NCBI GenBank assembly: GCA_030390025.1
Contig: JASTWF010000356.1
Coordinates: 124,001 to 188,000 of the forward strand
From: Squalus acanthias
Taxonomy: Eukaryota
Reading direction: 5' to 3'
Length of the DNA stretch: 64,000 bases
Shown here: positions 49,190-62,684 of the stretch, piece by piece
Layout of the letters: every line of letters begins with the position of its first letter
How positions within the stretch are numbered: the stretch's first letter is position 1
Translations under genes and position numbers: made by a program
The notes under the pieces: generated by a model
Databases searched by the model: none
Told to the model about the DNA's origin: nothing
Seen by the model: only the letters and a program-made list of their open reading frames with translations

Positions 49190-51200
49190 AATCTCGCTGC
49201 CCCTTAAATGCATCTCTGCTATTCGGTTCAAGTACTCCATTTTGAATCGAGTTCCACATTCTAACCAATCCCTGAGTAAAGAAATGTCTCCTCAATTCCG
49301 TATTGGATTTATTAGTGACCAGCTTTTATCGATAATCTCCAATTTTGCAATCATGTCACAAGTATAAACATCTACCCTGTGTTACCTCTTCAAAATGTAA
49401 CTGCCTCTATTAGGCCACCCCTCAGCCTTCTCTTTTGTACAGAAAGGAGCCCCAGCCTGTTCAATCATTCCTAATGGTTATAATGTCTCTGTTCTGATGT
49501 CATCCTTGTCAAAAAATTGCACTTTCTCCTGAGCATTAATATCCTTTATGTAATTTGGAGATCAGAACTGCACACAGTACGCTCAGTGTGTTATAACCAA
49601 GGTTTTACATAGGTTTAAGCTAACCTCTTTGCTTTAGGATTCTATTCTTCATGAAATGAACCCCAGTGCTTTGTTTGCATGTTTATGGCCTTGTTAACAT
49701 GCGTTGCTACTTTAAATGATGTGTTAATCGGTACCCCGCCACCCCATTGCGACTCTGAATTTCCAAGTAGTATTTGGGAACCTTATTCTTCCTAGCAAAA
49801 TGCAGTACCTCTCACTTAGCTATATTGAAATTTATTTTGCATTTAAACGCCCTTTCTGCAAGTTTATAAATGTCTTCAGGTATTGTGTTGCATTCTTCCT
49901 CTGTATTAACTGTATTCACAATTTGGATTCGTCTGCAAATTTTGAATTTGTGCTTCTACTTCCCGAATCAATATCGTTTATGTAAATGGTGAACAACAGT
50001 GGTCGCAACGCCGATTCTTGTGGAACAGCACTTCTCACCATTCACCTATCTGAGTAAATAGCTTTATCCACTACTCCCTATTTTCTGTTCTTGCAGCCAT
50101 CTTGCTATCCATCCTGCGGCTTGTCTCCAACTCCACTTGCTCTGTGATTCAGTCTGCTATGTGGTACCTTATCGAATAGATTGAAAAAAATCTAAGTTTA
50201 TTACATCTAATGCATTACCCTTATCTACACTTTCTGATACTTATTCAAAGAATTCACTGACGTTACTCAAGCAAGAGATTCTAAAGGGGGTGCAGGAAAA
50301 GAGGGAACTGGGGGTACATGTACAAAAATCGTTGAAGTTGGCAGGGCAGGTTGAGAAAGCGGTTAAAAATGCTTACGGGAATCTGAGCTTTACAAATAGA
50401 CGCACAGAGTACAAAAGCAAGGAAGTTATGATAAACATTTATAAAACATTGGTTCGGCCACAACTGGAGTATTGTGTCCAATTCTGGGCACCGCACTTCA
50501 GGAAGGGCATGAAGTCTTTAGAGAGGGTGCAGAAAAGATTTACAAGAATGGTTCCAGGGATGAGGGCCTTCAGTTATGTAGATATACCAGAGAAGTTGGG
50601 GTAGTTCTCATTAGAGCAGAGAAGATTGATAGCAGATTTGATAGAGGTGATCAAAAATATGAGGGGCCTAGACAGAGTAGACAGAGTAGATAGAGAGAAG
50701 CTGTTCCAATTGGTGGAACGGTCGAGAACCAGATGACCCAGCTTTCAGGTGATGCGCTGAATATCCAAAGGCGACATGAGGAAAAAACTGTTAAGGCAGC
50801 GTATGGTTATGATCTGGAACGCACTGTCTGAAAGCGTGGTGGAGGCAGATTCAATCGTGGCTTTCAAAAGGGAATGGGATAAGTACCTGAAGGAAAAAAA
50901 ATTGCAGGGCTACAGCGAAAGGGCGGTGGATGGGATTAGCTGCAGTGCATAGGCAGAGAGTGAGCACGGGCTGGACGGGCCGAATGCCCTCCTTCTGTGC
51001 TGTAACCATTCTATTATTCCCTTTTGGAAAACCTGCTGACTACTAGTTATTATATTTTGTGTTTCTAAATGTTTTGCTGTTACATCTTTGAGTAAGGATT
51101 CCATTATCTTTCCTACAATCGACGTTATGCTAACTGTGCTGTAGATCCTTGGAATTGTTCTATCTTCCATTTTAAATACAGGAATAACATGTAAATGCTG
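49190..51200. mobile_element. Old CR1 (minus) with a CR1 3' end (plus, ~50283-51015) nested in it
   Basis: [17 protein letters not shown] (+); YSTVSITSIVGKIMESLLKD (-). Confidence 0.75.
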
Positions 51201-52622
51201 AACCACAGTGGTCTTCCCTTCCCTTCCTCGACTTCTCGATCTTCAGTTCAGGGGCTAGGCCGTCCAGCAATATCTACTATAATCCCACCAAATCCCTTAG
51301 GCATCTTGAGTAGTCTTCTTCCCACCCGGCTTCCTGGAAGGGCTATATTCTGTTCTCAAAGTTCCTCTGCCACTGTTGCATATGTTCTGACGATGCCACC
51401 TTCCACACCAGTACTTCCGAAATGTCTTCATATTTCCTCAGTAGAGTATTCACCTCCATTGTGATTGATAGGGCCCTCGACCGTGTCAATCCTGCATTGC
51501 TCCCATCACCCCTTGCCCTCCCTGCTAGAACCCATATAGGGTTCCCCTGTTCCTCAGCTTCCACTGCACAAGCCTTCACATTCAATGGATCATCCTCTGC
51601 CATTTCCGTCATGTACAGCTTTGGCCACCAACACACATATCTTCCCCTTCTTTCCCGTCATCCCGGCCTCGTGACACTCTGGTCCACTCTTCCGTCACCC
51701 CTAACATCTACTCCCCTTCCCGACACCTTCCTATGCAAGCGCAGGAGATGCAGCAGCTTCCCTTCCCCTTTTTCCATTTCACCAGCCAGGGCCCCATAAT
51801 GTCCATTCACGTGAAAGACTAATTTACTTGTACTTCTTCCAATTTAGTATATCATACTCGCTGCCCACGATCCAGTCTCCTGTATATTGAGTGGATTAAA
51901 CGCAGATTGAGTAATTGCTTTGCTGAACGCCTCCGTTCAGTCCGCAAGTGTTATCCTGAGTTTCAGGTAACTTGCCACTTTAATTCTACATCCCACTCCC
52001 ACTCTGAACTCTCTGATCTCGGCCTCCTGCACTGTTCCCCGTTAAACTCAATGAGGAACAGCACCATATGTTTCGGTTAGGAATTTCATTGGCTGCCGGA
52101 CTCAACACGAAGTTAAAATACTTTAGATCATAACGGCCGCTCCCGTTTTCTCGGACGACATGTGCTGGTAATGGAGGATGGCTCCACCAGAGCCACTGGG
52201 AGTGAAGGAGGAGGGGGCTGGAGCTTTGTGCCGGCGATCCCGGTACACGGCCAGCGGGCTTGTCCAAACACCTGGGGTCTACCCAACTTTCTCTGCCACA
52301 CGTGCCCTACTACACCTCCCCATTGTTATTCTGCTGTAACCATTTACACCTCCTCTAGATCCATCTTCTGTTTCTTTAATTGTCCCATTCGCCTTGCACC
52401 ATCATCCCTTTTGTCATTGAATCACTCCTGCCCTCCAGCCAATTACAGACTTTGTTCTTTCCTCATGCAACCGCACTTTTCTATGACTCTATCATTGCAT
52501 TAATACTGTTATTCCCTGATATCTTCCCGTTCTGATGAAAGGTCATCGACCTGAAATGTTAACTCTGTTCCTCTCTGCACAGATGCTGCCTGACCCGCAG
52601 AGAGTTTTCAGCATTGTTTTTT
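51200..52622 (+). mobile_element. Decayed Penelope-like element with a hammerhead motif at 52528-52565
   Basis: Similar to the 15070 element; CTGATGAAAGGTCATCGACCTGAAATGTTAAC. Confidence 0.75.
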
Positions 52623-52629
52623 TAAATAA

Positions 52630-54645
52630 ATTAAAGCTAGTATTAAGTCAAAGGAGGAAGCTTATAAAGTTGCCATAAAAAACAGTCAGCCTGAGGATTG
52701 GGATCTTTTTAGAAATCAGCAAGAGACAACAAGAAATTGATGAAGAAAGGGGAAATGGAATATGAGCACAAACGAGCGAAAAATATGAAAACGGATTGTA
52801 AAAGCTTCTATAGGTATGTGAAAAGGAAAAGACTGGCGATGGTAGATGTAGGTCCTTTACAGTCAGAGACGGGAGAATTTATAATGGGGAATGAGGAAAT
52901 GACTGAGGAATTAAATAAATACTTTGTTTCTGACTTCAAGGAGGAATACACAAAAAAACTCCCAGAAATACGAGAAAACAAAGGGTGTGGTGAGAATGAG
53001 GAACTTAAAGAAATATTTATTAGTAAAAAAACTGTACTAGGAAAATTAATGAGACTAAAAGTCGATAAATGTCAGTGACTGGATGACCGACATCCTGGGG
53101 TTTTGAAAGAGGTGGACATTGGGATAGTGGACGCATTAGTTGTCATCTTCCAAAATTCTATAGATTTTGTAACGGTTCCTGCAGATTGGAGGATAGCAAA
53201 TGTAATCCCGCTATTTAAGAAAGGAGGGAGACAGAATACGGGGAACTACTGACCTGTTAGCCTCACATCAGTAGTTGGGAAAATGCTGGAATCTATTTTA
53301 AAGGATGCAATAACTGGGCACTTAGAAACTAATAGTAAGATTGGGCAGAGTCAACATGGATTTATGAAAGGGAAGGCCTGTTTGACAAACCTATTGGAGT
53401 TCTTTGAGGATGTAACTAGTGGAGTAGACAAAGGGGAACCGGTAGATCTGGTTTATCTGGATTTTCAGAAGGCCTTTGATAAGGTCCCACACAAGAGGTT
53501 GGTGAACAAAATTAGGGCACATGGAATTGAGGGTTAAATATCTGCATGGATTGAGAATTGGTTAACAAACAAAAAACAAAAAGTAGGGATAAACGAGTCT
53601 TTTTCAGGATGTCAGGCTGTGACTGGTGGGGTACTCCAAGGATCGGTGCTTGGGCCCCAGCTATTCAAAATCTATATCAATGATTTGGATGAGCGAACTA
53701 AATTTAACATTTCCAAATTTGCTGATGACACAAAGTAAGGTGGCAGTGTCAGTTGATGTGAAGAGGCTTAAAGGGAATCTCGACAGGCTCAGTGAGTGGG
53801 CGAAAACATGGCAGATGGATTATTTTGTGGATACATGTGAAGTTATCCACTTTGGTAGAAAAAACAGAAAGGCAGAATATTTCCTAAATGGTGAAAGATT
53901 GGGAATGCAGATGATCAAAGGGACATCGGTGTCCTTGTGCATGAGTCACTGAAAGTGAATGTGCAGTTGCAGAAAGCCATTAGGAAAGCAAATGGTATGC
54001 TGGCCTTCATTACAAGAGGATTTGAGTACAGGAGTAAATAAGTCTGACTCCAATTATATAGGGTCTTGATGATACAACACCTGGAGTACTGTGTACAATT
54101 TTGGTCTCCTTACCTAAGGAAGGATATACTTGCCATAGAGGAAGTGCAACGAAGGTTCACGAGATTGATTCCTGGGATGGTGGGACTGTCGTATGAGAAG
54201 AGATTGAGTAGACTAGGCCTATATTCTCTTGAATTCAGAAGAATCAGAGGGGATCTCATTGAAGCATACAAAATTATTACAGGGCTTGATAGGGTGGATG
54301 CTGGGAGAATGTTTCCCTTGGCTGAGGAGTCTAGAACCAGGGGCCACAGCCTCAGGATAAAGGGATGGCCATTCAGGACCAGGACGAGAAGAAATGTATT
54401 CACACAGAGGGTGATGAATCTTTGGAATTCTCTACCCCAGTGGGCTGTGGAGGCTCAGTTATTCGGTATATTCAAAACAGAGGTCGATAGATTTCTGTCT
54501 AGTAAGGGCATCAAGGGATATGGCAATAAGTTCGGTGAATGGAGTTGACGCAGAAGATCAGCCATGATCTCATGAATGGCGGAGCAGGCTCGAGGGGCCG
54601 AATGGCCTACTTCCGTTCCTATTTCTTATGTTCTTATGTTCTTAT
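52630..54645 (+). mobile_element. 5'-truncated CR1 LINE
   Basis: [43 protein letters not shown]; (TTCTTATG)n tail. Confidence 0.92.
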
Positions 54646-54691
54646 CAGATTTACAGCAGTCTCAGTATTTTGCATTTTCTACAATACTTCT

Positions 54692-56935
54692 GCCTGGATA
54701 TTAACAGAGGCGGGTTATGTACGAAGGCTGGAGGGTAAGGGGGTGGATGCGGAATAACAGGAGGATACCTGGAAGTCCAGGTATTCCCAGACGTTGGGGT
54801 GACTTAACTCCACAGCGTACTTCCTTTGTCCTTGACTGGATCAAACCCGGAAGTCAGCCTGATTGACAGTCGCGCTTCCAGTCGGACTGGGTGTGGGGAC
54901 TCCGGAGCAGGACAAAGTAGTTCCGATGGACGACACTGTGTTGGATGGGGTGCCTGATCCTGCAGTGTGTCCGATCACGGACTCCACGGTTTGATCTGTC
55001 CCGGGGATTGGACCAGTCCTGGGGGTTTTACCGGTCTCGGGGGTTTGTCAGGTCAGGGTGGGTAACCGGTCCAGGGGGTTTGACCGGTACCGGGGGTTTG
55101 AACGGTCCCGAGGAATTGAGCAGTCCCGAGGGTTTGACCTTATCCGGGGGTGTGACCGGTCCCGGGGGTTTGACCGGTCATGAGGTGTGACTGGTCCCAG
55201 GGGTTTGACCGGTCCCGCGGGTTTGACTGGTTCGGGATTTGACCAGTCCCGTGGGTGTGATTGGTCCTGGGGATTTGACCAGTCCTGGGGGTTTGACCGG
55301 TCCCAGGGGTGCGACCAATCCCTGGGGTTTGACCAGGCTTGGGGGTGTGACCAGTCCCGGGGGTTTGACCAGTCCCGGGGATTTGACCGGTCCCGTGGTT
55401 TTGACTGGTCCCAGGGGTTTGACCAGTCCTGGGGGTTTGACCAGTCCCGGGTGTTGGAACAGTCCCGGGGGTTTGACCGGTCCTGTAGGTTTGACCAGTC
55501 CCGGGGGTTTGACCAATCCCGGGGGTTTGACCGATCCCGGGGTTTTGACCTGTTCCGGGGGTTTGACTGTTCGAGGGGGTTTGACCAGTCCCGGGGGATT
55601 GATCTGTCCCGAGGGGTTAACCGTGACCGGGGGTTTGACCGGTCCCGTGGGTTTGGCCGATCCCAGGGGTTTGATCGTTCCCGGAGGTTTTGACCGATCC
55701 CGGGGGTTTGACCTGTCCCGGGGGATTTGACCGGTCCCGGACATTTGGCTGATCCCGGGGGTTTGACCTGTCCCGGGGGTTTGACTGGTCATGAGGTGTG
55801 ACTGGTCCCAGGGGTTTGACCGGTCCCGCGGGTTTGACTGGTTCGGGATTTGACCAGTCCCGGGGGTGTGATTGGTCCTGGGGATTTGACCAGTCCGGGG
55901 GTTTGACCGGTCCCAGGGGTGCGACCAATCCCTGTGGGTTTGAGCAGTCCTGGGGTTTGACCGGTCCCAGGGGTGCGACCAATCCCTGGGGTTTGACCAG
56001 GATTGGGGGTGTGACCAGTCCCGGGGGTTTGACCAGTCCCGGGGATTTGACCGGTCCCGTGGTTTTGACTGGTCCCAGGGGTTTGACTAGTCCTGGGGGG
56101 TTTGACCAGTCCCGGGTGTTGGAACAGTCCCGGGAGTTTGACCGGTCCTGTAGGTTTGACCAGTCCCGGGGGTTTGACCAATCCCGGGGGTTTGACCGAT
56201 CCCGGGGTTTTGACCTGTTCCGGGGGTTTGACTGTTCGAGGGGGTTTGACCAGTCCCGGGGGATTGATCTGTCCCGAGGGGTTGACCGTGACCGGGGGTT
56301 TGACCGGTCCCGTGGGTTTTGCCGATCCCAGGGGTTTGATCGGTCCCGGGGGTTTTGACCGATCCCGGGGGTTTGACCTGTCCCGGGGGATTTGACCGGT
56401 CCCGGACATTTGACCGATCCCGGGGGTTTGACCTGTCCCGGGGGATTGACTGGTCACGGGGTTTTGACCAGTCCCGGGGCATTTGACCGGTCCCGGGGGA
56501 TTTGTCTGGTCCCAGGGGTTTGACCAGTCCCGGGGGTTTGACTGGTCCCGGGGGTTCGACCGGTCCCGGGGTGTGTGTCCAATCCCCAGTCTTGGTGATG
56601 TCCGATCCCGACCTCAGGTTTCTATACATGGGGGGTTTCGGGCAATGTGTAGAGCTTTGTGGGGTGTGTGGTGATATCGTTCCCGAGGCCCAGGAACCCG
56701 GCCAGCCGTAGTTAAACCTGCAAAACAGGTTAAATCAGAGGCTGCCCACCTCATTACAGTATTTAAATTGCCAACTCGCCTCCTGGGAGAGGTACGCTGC
56801 CCGCCCCCTATCCCGTCTCCATTAAACTCAGAAGCGGGCGGGTTGGAGGTGGGTTGGGATCGGAAGGATATTGTTCAATTTTCACCGCTGACCTGACCCC
56901 AACACGCTCGTTTTTGGGGTGTTAATGTCCAGCCC
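54692..56935. mobile_element. Probable non-autonomous TIR element carrying an internal minisatellite
   Basis: Termini GCCTGGATATTAAC (54692) and GTTAATGTCCAGCCC (56921) are imperfect inverted repeats. Confidence 0.55.
54975..56572. repeat. GC-rich 18-bp minisatellite (CCGGGGGTTTGACCRGTC)n with a ~611-bp higher-order duplication
   Basis: Rare variant CATGAGGTGTGACTGG at 55179 and 55790, each followed by the same order of variant units. Confidence 0.95.
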
Positions 56936-57009
56936 TTACTGTCTGGGCTCAGACACGGAGAATGTGTGATCAGTAATTTCCAGTCTCTTTTCCCTTCTGT
57001 GTTTTGCAG

Positions 57010-57995
57010 TGAATTTGCTGGCGATTGTGATCCTGTCCAGGGGAAAGTGCGGGCTCTCCACCTGCACCACTCGCTACCTGGTGGGCATGGCAGCGGCGGA
57101 TCTCCTGCTCATTGTCACTCAGGTCATACTGAGGCGAGTCAGATTGAACTACTTCCTATGGTCTTTCCTGTCCATCTACCCTGTGTGTAGTGTTCTCATT
57201 GTCCTGTCTCGTGCAGCCACAGATTGTTCTGTCTGGTTCACCGTCACTTTCACCTTTGATCGATTTGTTGCCATTTGTTGGCAGAAGCTGAAAACTGAAT
57301 ATTGCACCAAGAAAACTGCGGCTGTGGTTCTGGGAACAACCGGCATTCTGCTCTGTTTAAAAAACGTTCCCTTCTACTTTATATATCAACCCAGGGTGAT
57401 AATCGACGATGTGCCGTGGTTCTGTGACACAATCCCGATCTTTTATACTGAGCCCGGTTGGGTGGGATTTAATTGGTTTGATTCGTTTTTAACCCCATTG
57501 ATCCCATTCGCTTTAATTCTTTTGCTCAACGCTCTGACAGTCAGACACATTTTAGTTGCCAGTCGGGTCCGTAAGGGACTGAGAGGTGAGAGCAAGGGAG
57601 AGAAGGGCAGAGACCCAGAGATGGAGAGCAGAAGGAAGTCTATGATTTTACTCTTCACCATATCCGCCAGCTTCATACTGCTGTGGCTGGTATATGTTAT
57701 AGAATTCAGATATTATAATATTAAAGGAACAGATCGCATTAATTACACTGATTCTTTATATATATTTCAACAAGTTGGAGTTATGCTGCGGAATTTAAGT
57801 TGCTGCACAAACACATTTATTTATGGGGTGACCCAGTCCATGTTCAGAGAGCAGGTGAAGAGGGCGGTGAAATATCCGATTACCTCAATTATTCAATTCA
57901 TTAATAATCAGAAACAAGTGAGCGCAGCCCAGAGACAGCTCCCAGTGTGTCCAGGCCAGGAATGTAGTATTCAGCCCCAGACTGCCACCCACTGA
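57010..57995 (+). CDS. GPR139/GPR142-like class A GPCR, coding exon 2 (spliced product 350 aa)
   Basis: Acceptor TTTTGCAG|TG; NLLAIVILSRGKCGLS, MAAADLL, FTFDRFVAIC, PFALILLLNALTVRHI, RRKSMILL, SCCTNTFIY; open frame. Confidence 0.93.
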
Positions 57996-58239
57996 ATTAC
58001 ACCAGCAATCGCTGGAGATCTGAAGATACAGCCAGCGGCGGGGCGAGCACTGTTTTTAGGACTCGGCACTGTTTCTGACTGACATTTCCCACATTGTCTT
58101 TCGGGACAGGACCACTAGTTTGCTGCTTTCACTCTGAGCTCTTCTGTAAAGAGTCCCTTCAGCGATTGAGGGCAGCAATTCATTCGCAGCTTCCCGAGCA
58201 AGAGCGTGGTCAATAGGTAGGCAGACAGAGCTGAGCTGC

Positions 58240-61200
58240 AGTTCAGAGGATTATATTACATGGAATATACAGCACACAAACCGGCCATTCGACCCAATCA
58301 GTCTGTGCTGGTCTTTATGCTCCACACCAGTCTCGTCTCATTGCATCTACCACATCTCAATCTCTCAGAATATCTTTCTATTCCCCGTTCGAGCATTTAC
58401 TCGTCTAGTTTCATTGTGAAAGAATCTAAACTATTTTCATCAACCACTTCCTGTGGTAGGGAGGTCCACATTCAATCCACTCTCTGAGAAAAGGATTTGC
58501 TCCTTATTTCCCTGTGGAAATTATTAGTAACTATCTTTTATTTATGCCCCCAAGTGTTGCATTCTCCCACAAGTGTAAACATTCTCTGCACAAATACACT
58601 GTCCAACCCATTCATAATTTTCAAGATCTCTATCAGGTCCCACCTAAGTACTCTCTCTTCTATAGCAGAAAGGCCCAGCCTGTTCAAACTTTCCCGATAG
58701 CTGCAATCTTTCAGTTCTGGTGCCATCCAACTAAGTATTTGAGAGACCGAAGCTTTTGGCCCCCTTCACAAACTCCGTTGCCTAGCCAAGGACTCCATCC
58801 CTCTCCTTAGCACCAGTTTGCTGTTTGAAACCTTGGTGTCGTATTTGACAACGGGATGATCTTCCGACCAGATATTCACTCCATCACCAGGACGGCTTAC
58901 TTCCACCTCGGTAACATCAACGAATTTCGCCCTGCCTCAGCTCATCCGTTACTCAAACCATCATCCATACCTTTGGTAGCTCTGTACTTGATAACACCAA
59001 CTCTCTCCTGGCCGGCTTCCGATCTCCCACCATTCATAACTTGAGCTCATTCAAAGCTGTGCTGCCCGTAACCTAACCCACACCAAATCCCGGTAAACCA
59101 CCACCCCTGTGCTCGCTGACATACAGTGACTCCTGTTCCGGCAATGCCTCCATTTTGAAATGATCATCCTTGCTTTCAAATCCCTACATGGCCTCACCCT
59201 CCCTAAATCTGCAAGCTCCACCAGCCCCTCAACACTCCCGAGATCTCCGTGCTCCTCTAATTCTGGTCACTTGCACATCCCCGATTTTAACCGCTCCACC
59301 ATTGGCGGCTGTGCTTTCAGATGCCTGGGCCTTAAGCTCAGGAATCCCCTCCCTAAACCTTTCTGCTTCTCTAAATCTCCCTCCTCCTTTATGATGATGC
59401 TTAAAACTTACCTCTTTGACTATGCTTTTGGTCATCTTTAAAAATATCTCCTTATGTGGCTCAGGGTCAGGTTTTGTTCAATAACGCTCCCATGAATCGC
59501 TTGGGTTATTTTACTATGTTAAAGGTGCTATATTAATACAAGTTGTTGTTGTTGTAAATATTTTTTGCACTTTCTCCAGTTCTTCTATGTCATTTTTACA
59601 TTATTGAGACCATAACTTTGCAAAGTTCTCTAAGTGTGACCTGACCCGGGTCCCATACATGTTTAATACAATTTACAAAGTATTTACAGCACAGAGACAG
59701 GTCATGCGACTCAAAATGTCCATGTTGTTGTCCATGCTCCACACGAGCCTTCACCGACTGTCTTTCATCTAACCCAATAAAAATGTCGTTCTATTCCTTT
59801 CCCCCTTTAACTGTGTCTGTGCTATTCGCATCAACTGCTCCTTCTGGTAGCGAGTTGCACATTCTGACCACTCATTTGTTAAAAATGTTTCTCCTTAATT
59901 CCCCATTAGATTTATTAATGACTATCTTAAATCTATGACTCCAAGTTCTGGTCTGTCCTGCAAGTGGAAACACCTTCTCTAATCTACCCTATGAAACTAT
60001 TTCATAATCTCAAATAACACTGTCTGTTTATCCCTCAGTCTTAACTTTCTTAAAGCAACGAGCCCCAGCCTGTTCAGTCTATTCTGTCAGGTATAACCTC
60101 TCAGTTCTGGTATCATTCTGGTAAATACTGTTTGTACTTCGCCAGTCCGTCTATGTCCTTTTTATAAGATGGAGACTAAGTTCACAGTACACCAAGTGTG
60201 GTCTAAACAATGTTCCATACAAGTTTAACATAACTTCTGTGCTTTACAATTATATCCATCCAGAAATGAACCCCAGTGCTTTCTTTGCTTTTATGGCCTT
60301 ATTAACCTGCATTGCAACTATTAGTGATTTATGTAACTGTACCATCACACCCCTCTGTCCCTCAACCCCGTTTGGCACTTATTTTCCAAGGAGTCTGTGA
60401 CCTCCGTATTCTTCCTATTCAAATGAACTACCTCACATTTCACTATATGAGTTTCATTTGCCAGTTACACGCCCATTTTGTCAGTTTAATAAGGTCTTCC
60501 TGGACTTTGTAGCAGTCCTCCTCTGTAGTAACTATAAACCCCATTTGGGTGGCGTCCACAATGTTTGAAATTGCACTTCTGATTCCTGAGTTCGAATTGT
60601 TTAAGTAAATGATGAAGAAAAGTGTTCCCAGCACCGATCCTTGTGGAACACCACTTCACACCATTGGCCAACTTCACTTCTTTTGAATTCTTTCGCCTTA
60701 GAAATAAACCCCAATTCATTGTTAGCATTTTAATTGCTTTGCTGTCCAGTGAAACTGATTTTAATTATTTGTTCACCTGTAGCTCGAGAGCCCTTTCCTC
60801 TTCTGCCACGTTCAGTTTCTTATTTTCTAAGGTATCGGTGATTATAGAATCATGGAATGATACAGTACAGAAGGAAACCATTCGGACCACCGTACCTGTG
60901 CCGGCTCTTTGGTAGATCTGTCCAATTAATCCCACTCCTCTGCTCTTTCCCTAGTATTTTATTTTATCTCAAGTATTTTTTCCAAATCCCCTTTGAAAGT
61001 TACTATTGAACCTGCTTCCACCGCCCTTTCAGGGAGCGCATTCCAGAACACAACAACTCGCTGTGTAAAACAAAATCCTCCTCATGTTGTCTCTGGTTCT
61101 TTTGCCAATCACATTAAATCTGTGTCCTTTGGTTACCGACACCACTGCCACTGGAAACAGTTGCTCCTTAATTATTCTATTACATTTATTTAAGCTTTTG

Positions 61201-61600
61201 AACACCTCTATCAAACCTCCACTTAACCTTCTCTGCTCTAATCCGAACAACCACAGCTTCTCCAGTCTCTCCACATAACTGAAGTCAATTATTCCTGGTA
61301 CCATTCTAGTAAATCTCTTCTGCACTCGCTCCAAGGCCTTGACATTGTCCTAAAGTGCGGTGCCCAGAATTGGACACAATACTCCAGCTGAAGCCGAATC
61401 AGTGGTTTATAAAGTGTTAGCATAACTTCCTTGCTTTTGCACTCTACTGCTTATTAATAAAGCGAATGATCCCGTATGCTTTATTAACATACTTCTCAAA
61501 TTATCCTCCACCTTCAAAGATTAGTGTACATACATGCCTAGGTCCCTCTGTACTGCAACCCCTTTAAAATTGTACCATTGAGATCACATTGCCTCTTCTC
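58240..61600. mobile_element. Cluster of decayed CR1 fragments (minus) with an L2 3' end (plus, ~58740-59555)
   Basis: SITRTAYFHLGNI, HIPDFNRSTIGGCAF, (GTT)n tail; ERVQKRFTRMVPG (-). Confidence 0.75.
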
Positions 61601-62129
61601 ATTTGTCACTTCACAATTCTCTGTGTTAAATAATATCTGCTGTGGTAACACAATACAGCTTCCTGTGACTCGAACTTTATTACATCACTTCCTGTGATTA
61701 GTCCAGGATAAATACTGGGCTGATCAGTTGGATCCTTGAGAGGCATAGAGTAAGACCTCTTTTGTATGTAGCACCTTTTCAGTTGATTAAAGCTTACTTT
61801 AAGTTCACCACGCGTAAGGCTCATTCTTACGACATCTGCCAAGTGTCTGACGAGTTGAATCAGAGTTTGGGCTATGCTGTAAGCAAAGGGATTGGATTCG
61901 GAAAGATACGCCATCAGAGAAGTGTAGGATCATGTCAGGTACGTATCTGAAGCTCTCAACTCTTCAGCCTGAGGAATAATTTATAAGGGTAAAGACCCAG
62001 CTAAGTTTTCTTGGCATTTAGAATCTTGCTTTCGGCTCCAATTATATTTTATTCTGTTAATGCAAAATATGCAGTAAACGAAGTAAGGAGATCATTTTAT
62101 ATATAGGAATGAGGGTCAATTAGAAGGTG

Positions 62130-62680
62130 TTGCATGAATTGCAGGCAGTAACTGGTGGGGAACCGCAGGGAACGGTGCTAGGACCCCAGCTATTAAGAAT
62201 ATATATTAATTATCTAGACAAGGGAATTAGATGTAATATCTGCAAGTTTGCAGACGGCACAAAACTGGGTGGGGGTGTGTGTTGTGAGGAGGATGCAGAG
62301 AAACTCCAATATGATTTGGACAGGTTGGGTGATTGGGCAGATGCATGGCAGATGCAGTATAATGTGGATAAATGCCAGGTTATCCACTTTGGTAGCAAAA
62401 ACAGGAGGGCAGATTATTATCTCAACGGCAGAAGATTGGGAGAAGGGGAAGTGCAACGAGACCTGGGTGTCCTTGTGCACCAATCGCTGAAGGTAAGCAT
62501 GCAGGTGCAGCAGGTGGTTAAGAAGGCAAAGGGTATATTGGCCTTCATAGCGAGAGGATTCGAGAACAGGAGCCAGGATGTCTTGCTGCAGTTATACAGG
62601 GCCTTGGTGGGACCAAAGCTTTAGTATTGTGTGCAGTTTTGGTCGCCTTATCTGAGGAAGGATGTTCTTGCCATGGAGGA
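62130..62680 (+). mobile_element. CR1 RT fragment
   Basis: KFADGTKLGG, WQMQYNVDKC, LLQLYRALVGP. Confidence 0.9.
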
Positions 62681-62684
62681 AGAG

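Noticed and set aside
55178..56629. Pro/Gly-rich repeat ORFs on both strands (mucin- or collagen-like)
   Set aside because: Translation of an intronic 18-bp minisatellite; open in many frames
57009..57011. GTG start of a single-exon 328-aa GPCR (ORF track)
   Set aside because: The G belongs to the AG splice acceptor; TM1 is incomplete without exon 1 at 34972-35038
61840..61955. CTGACGA...GAAA hammerhead-like motif with AGATACG/CGTATCT pairing
   Set aside because: No stem I, and the cleavage position would be G rather than H; likely chance
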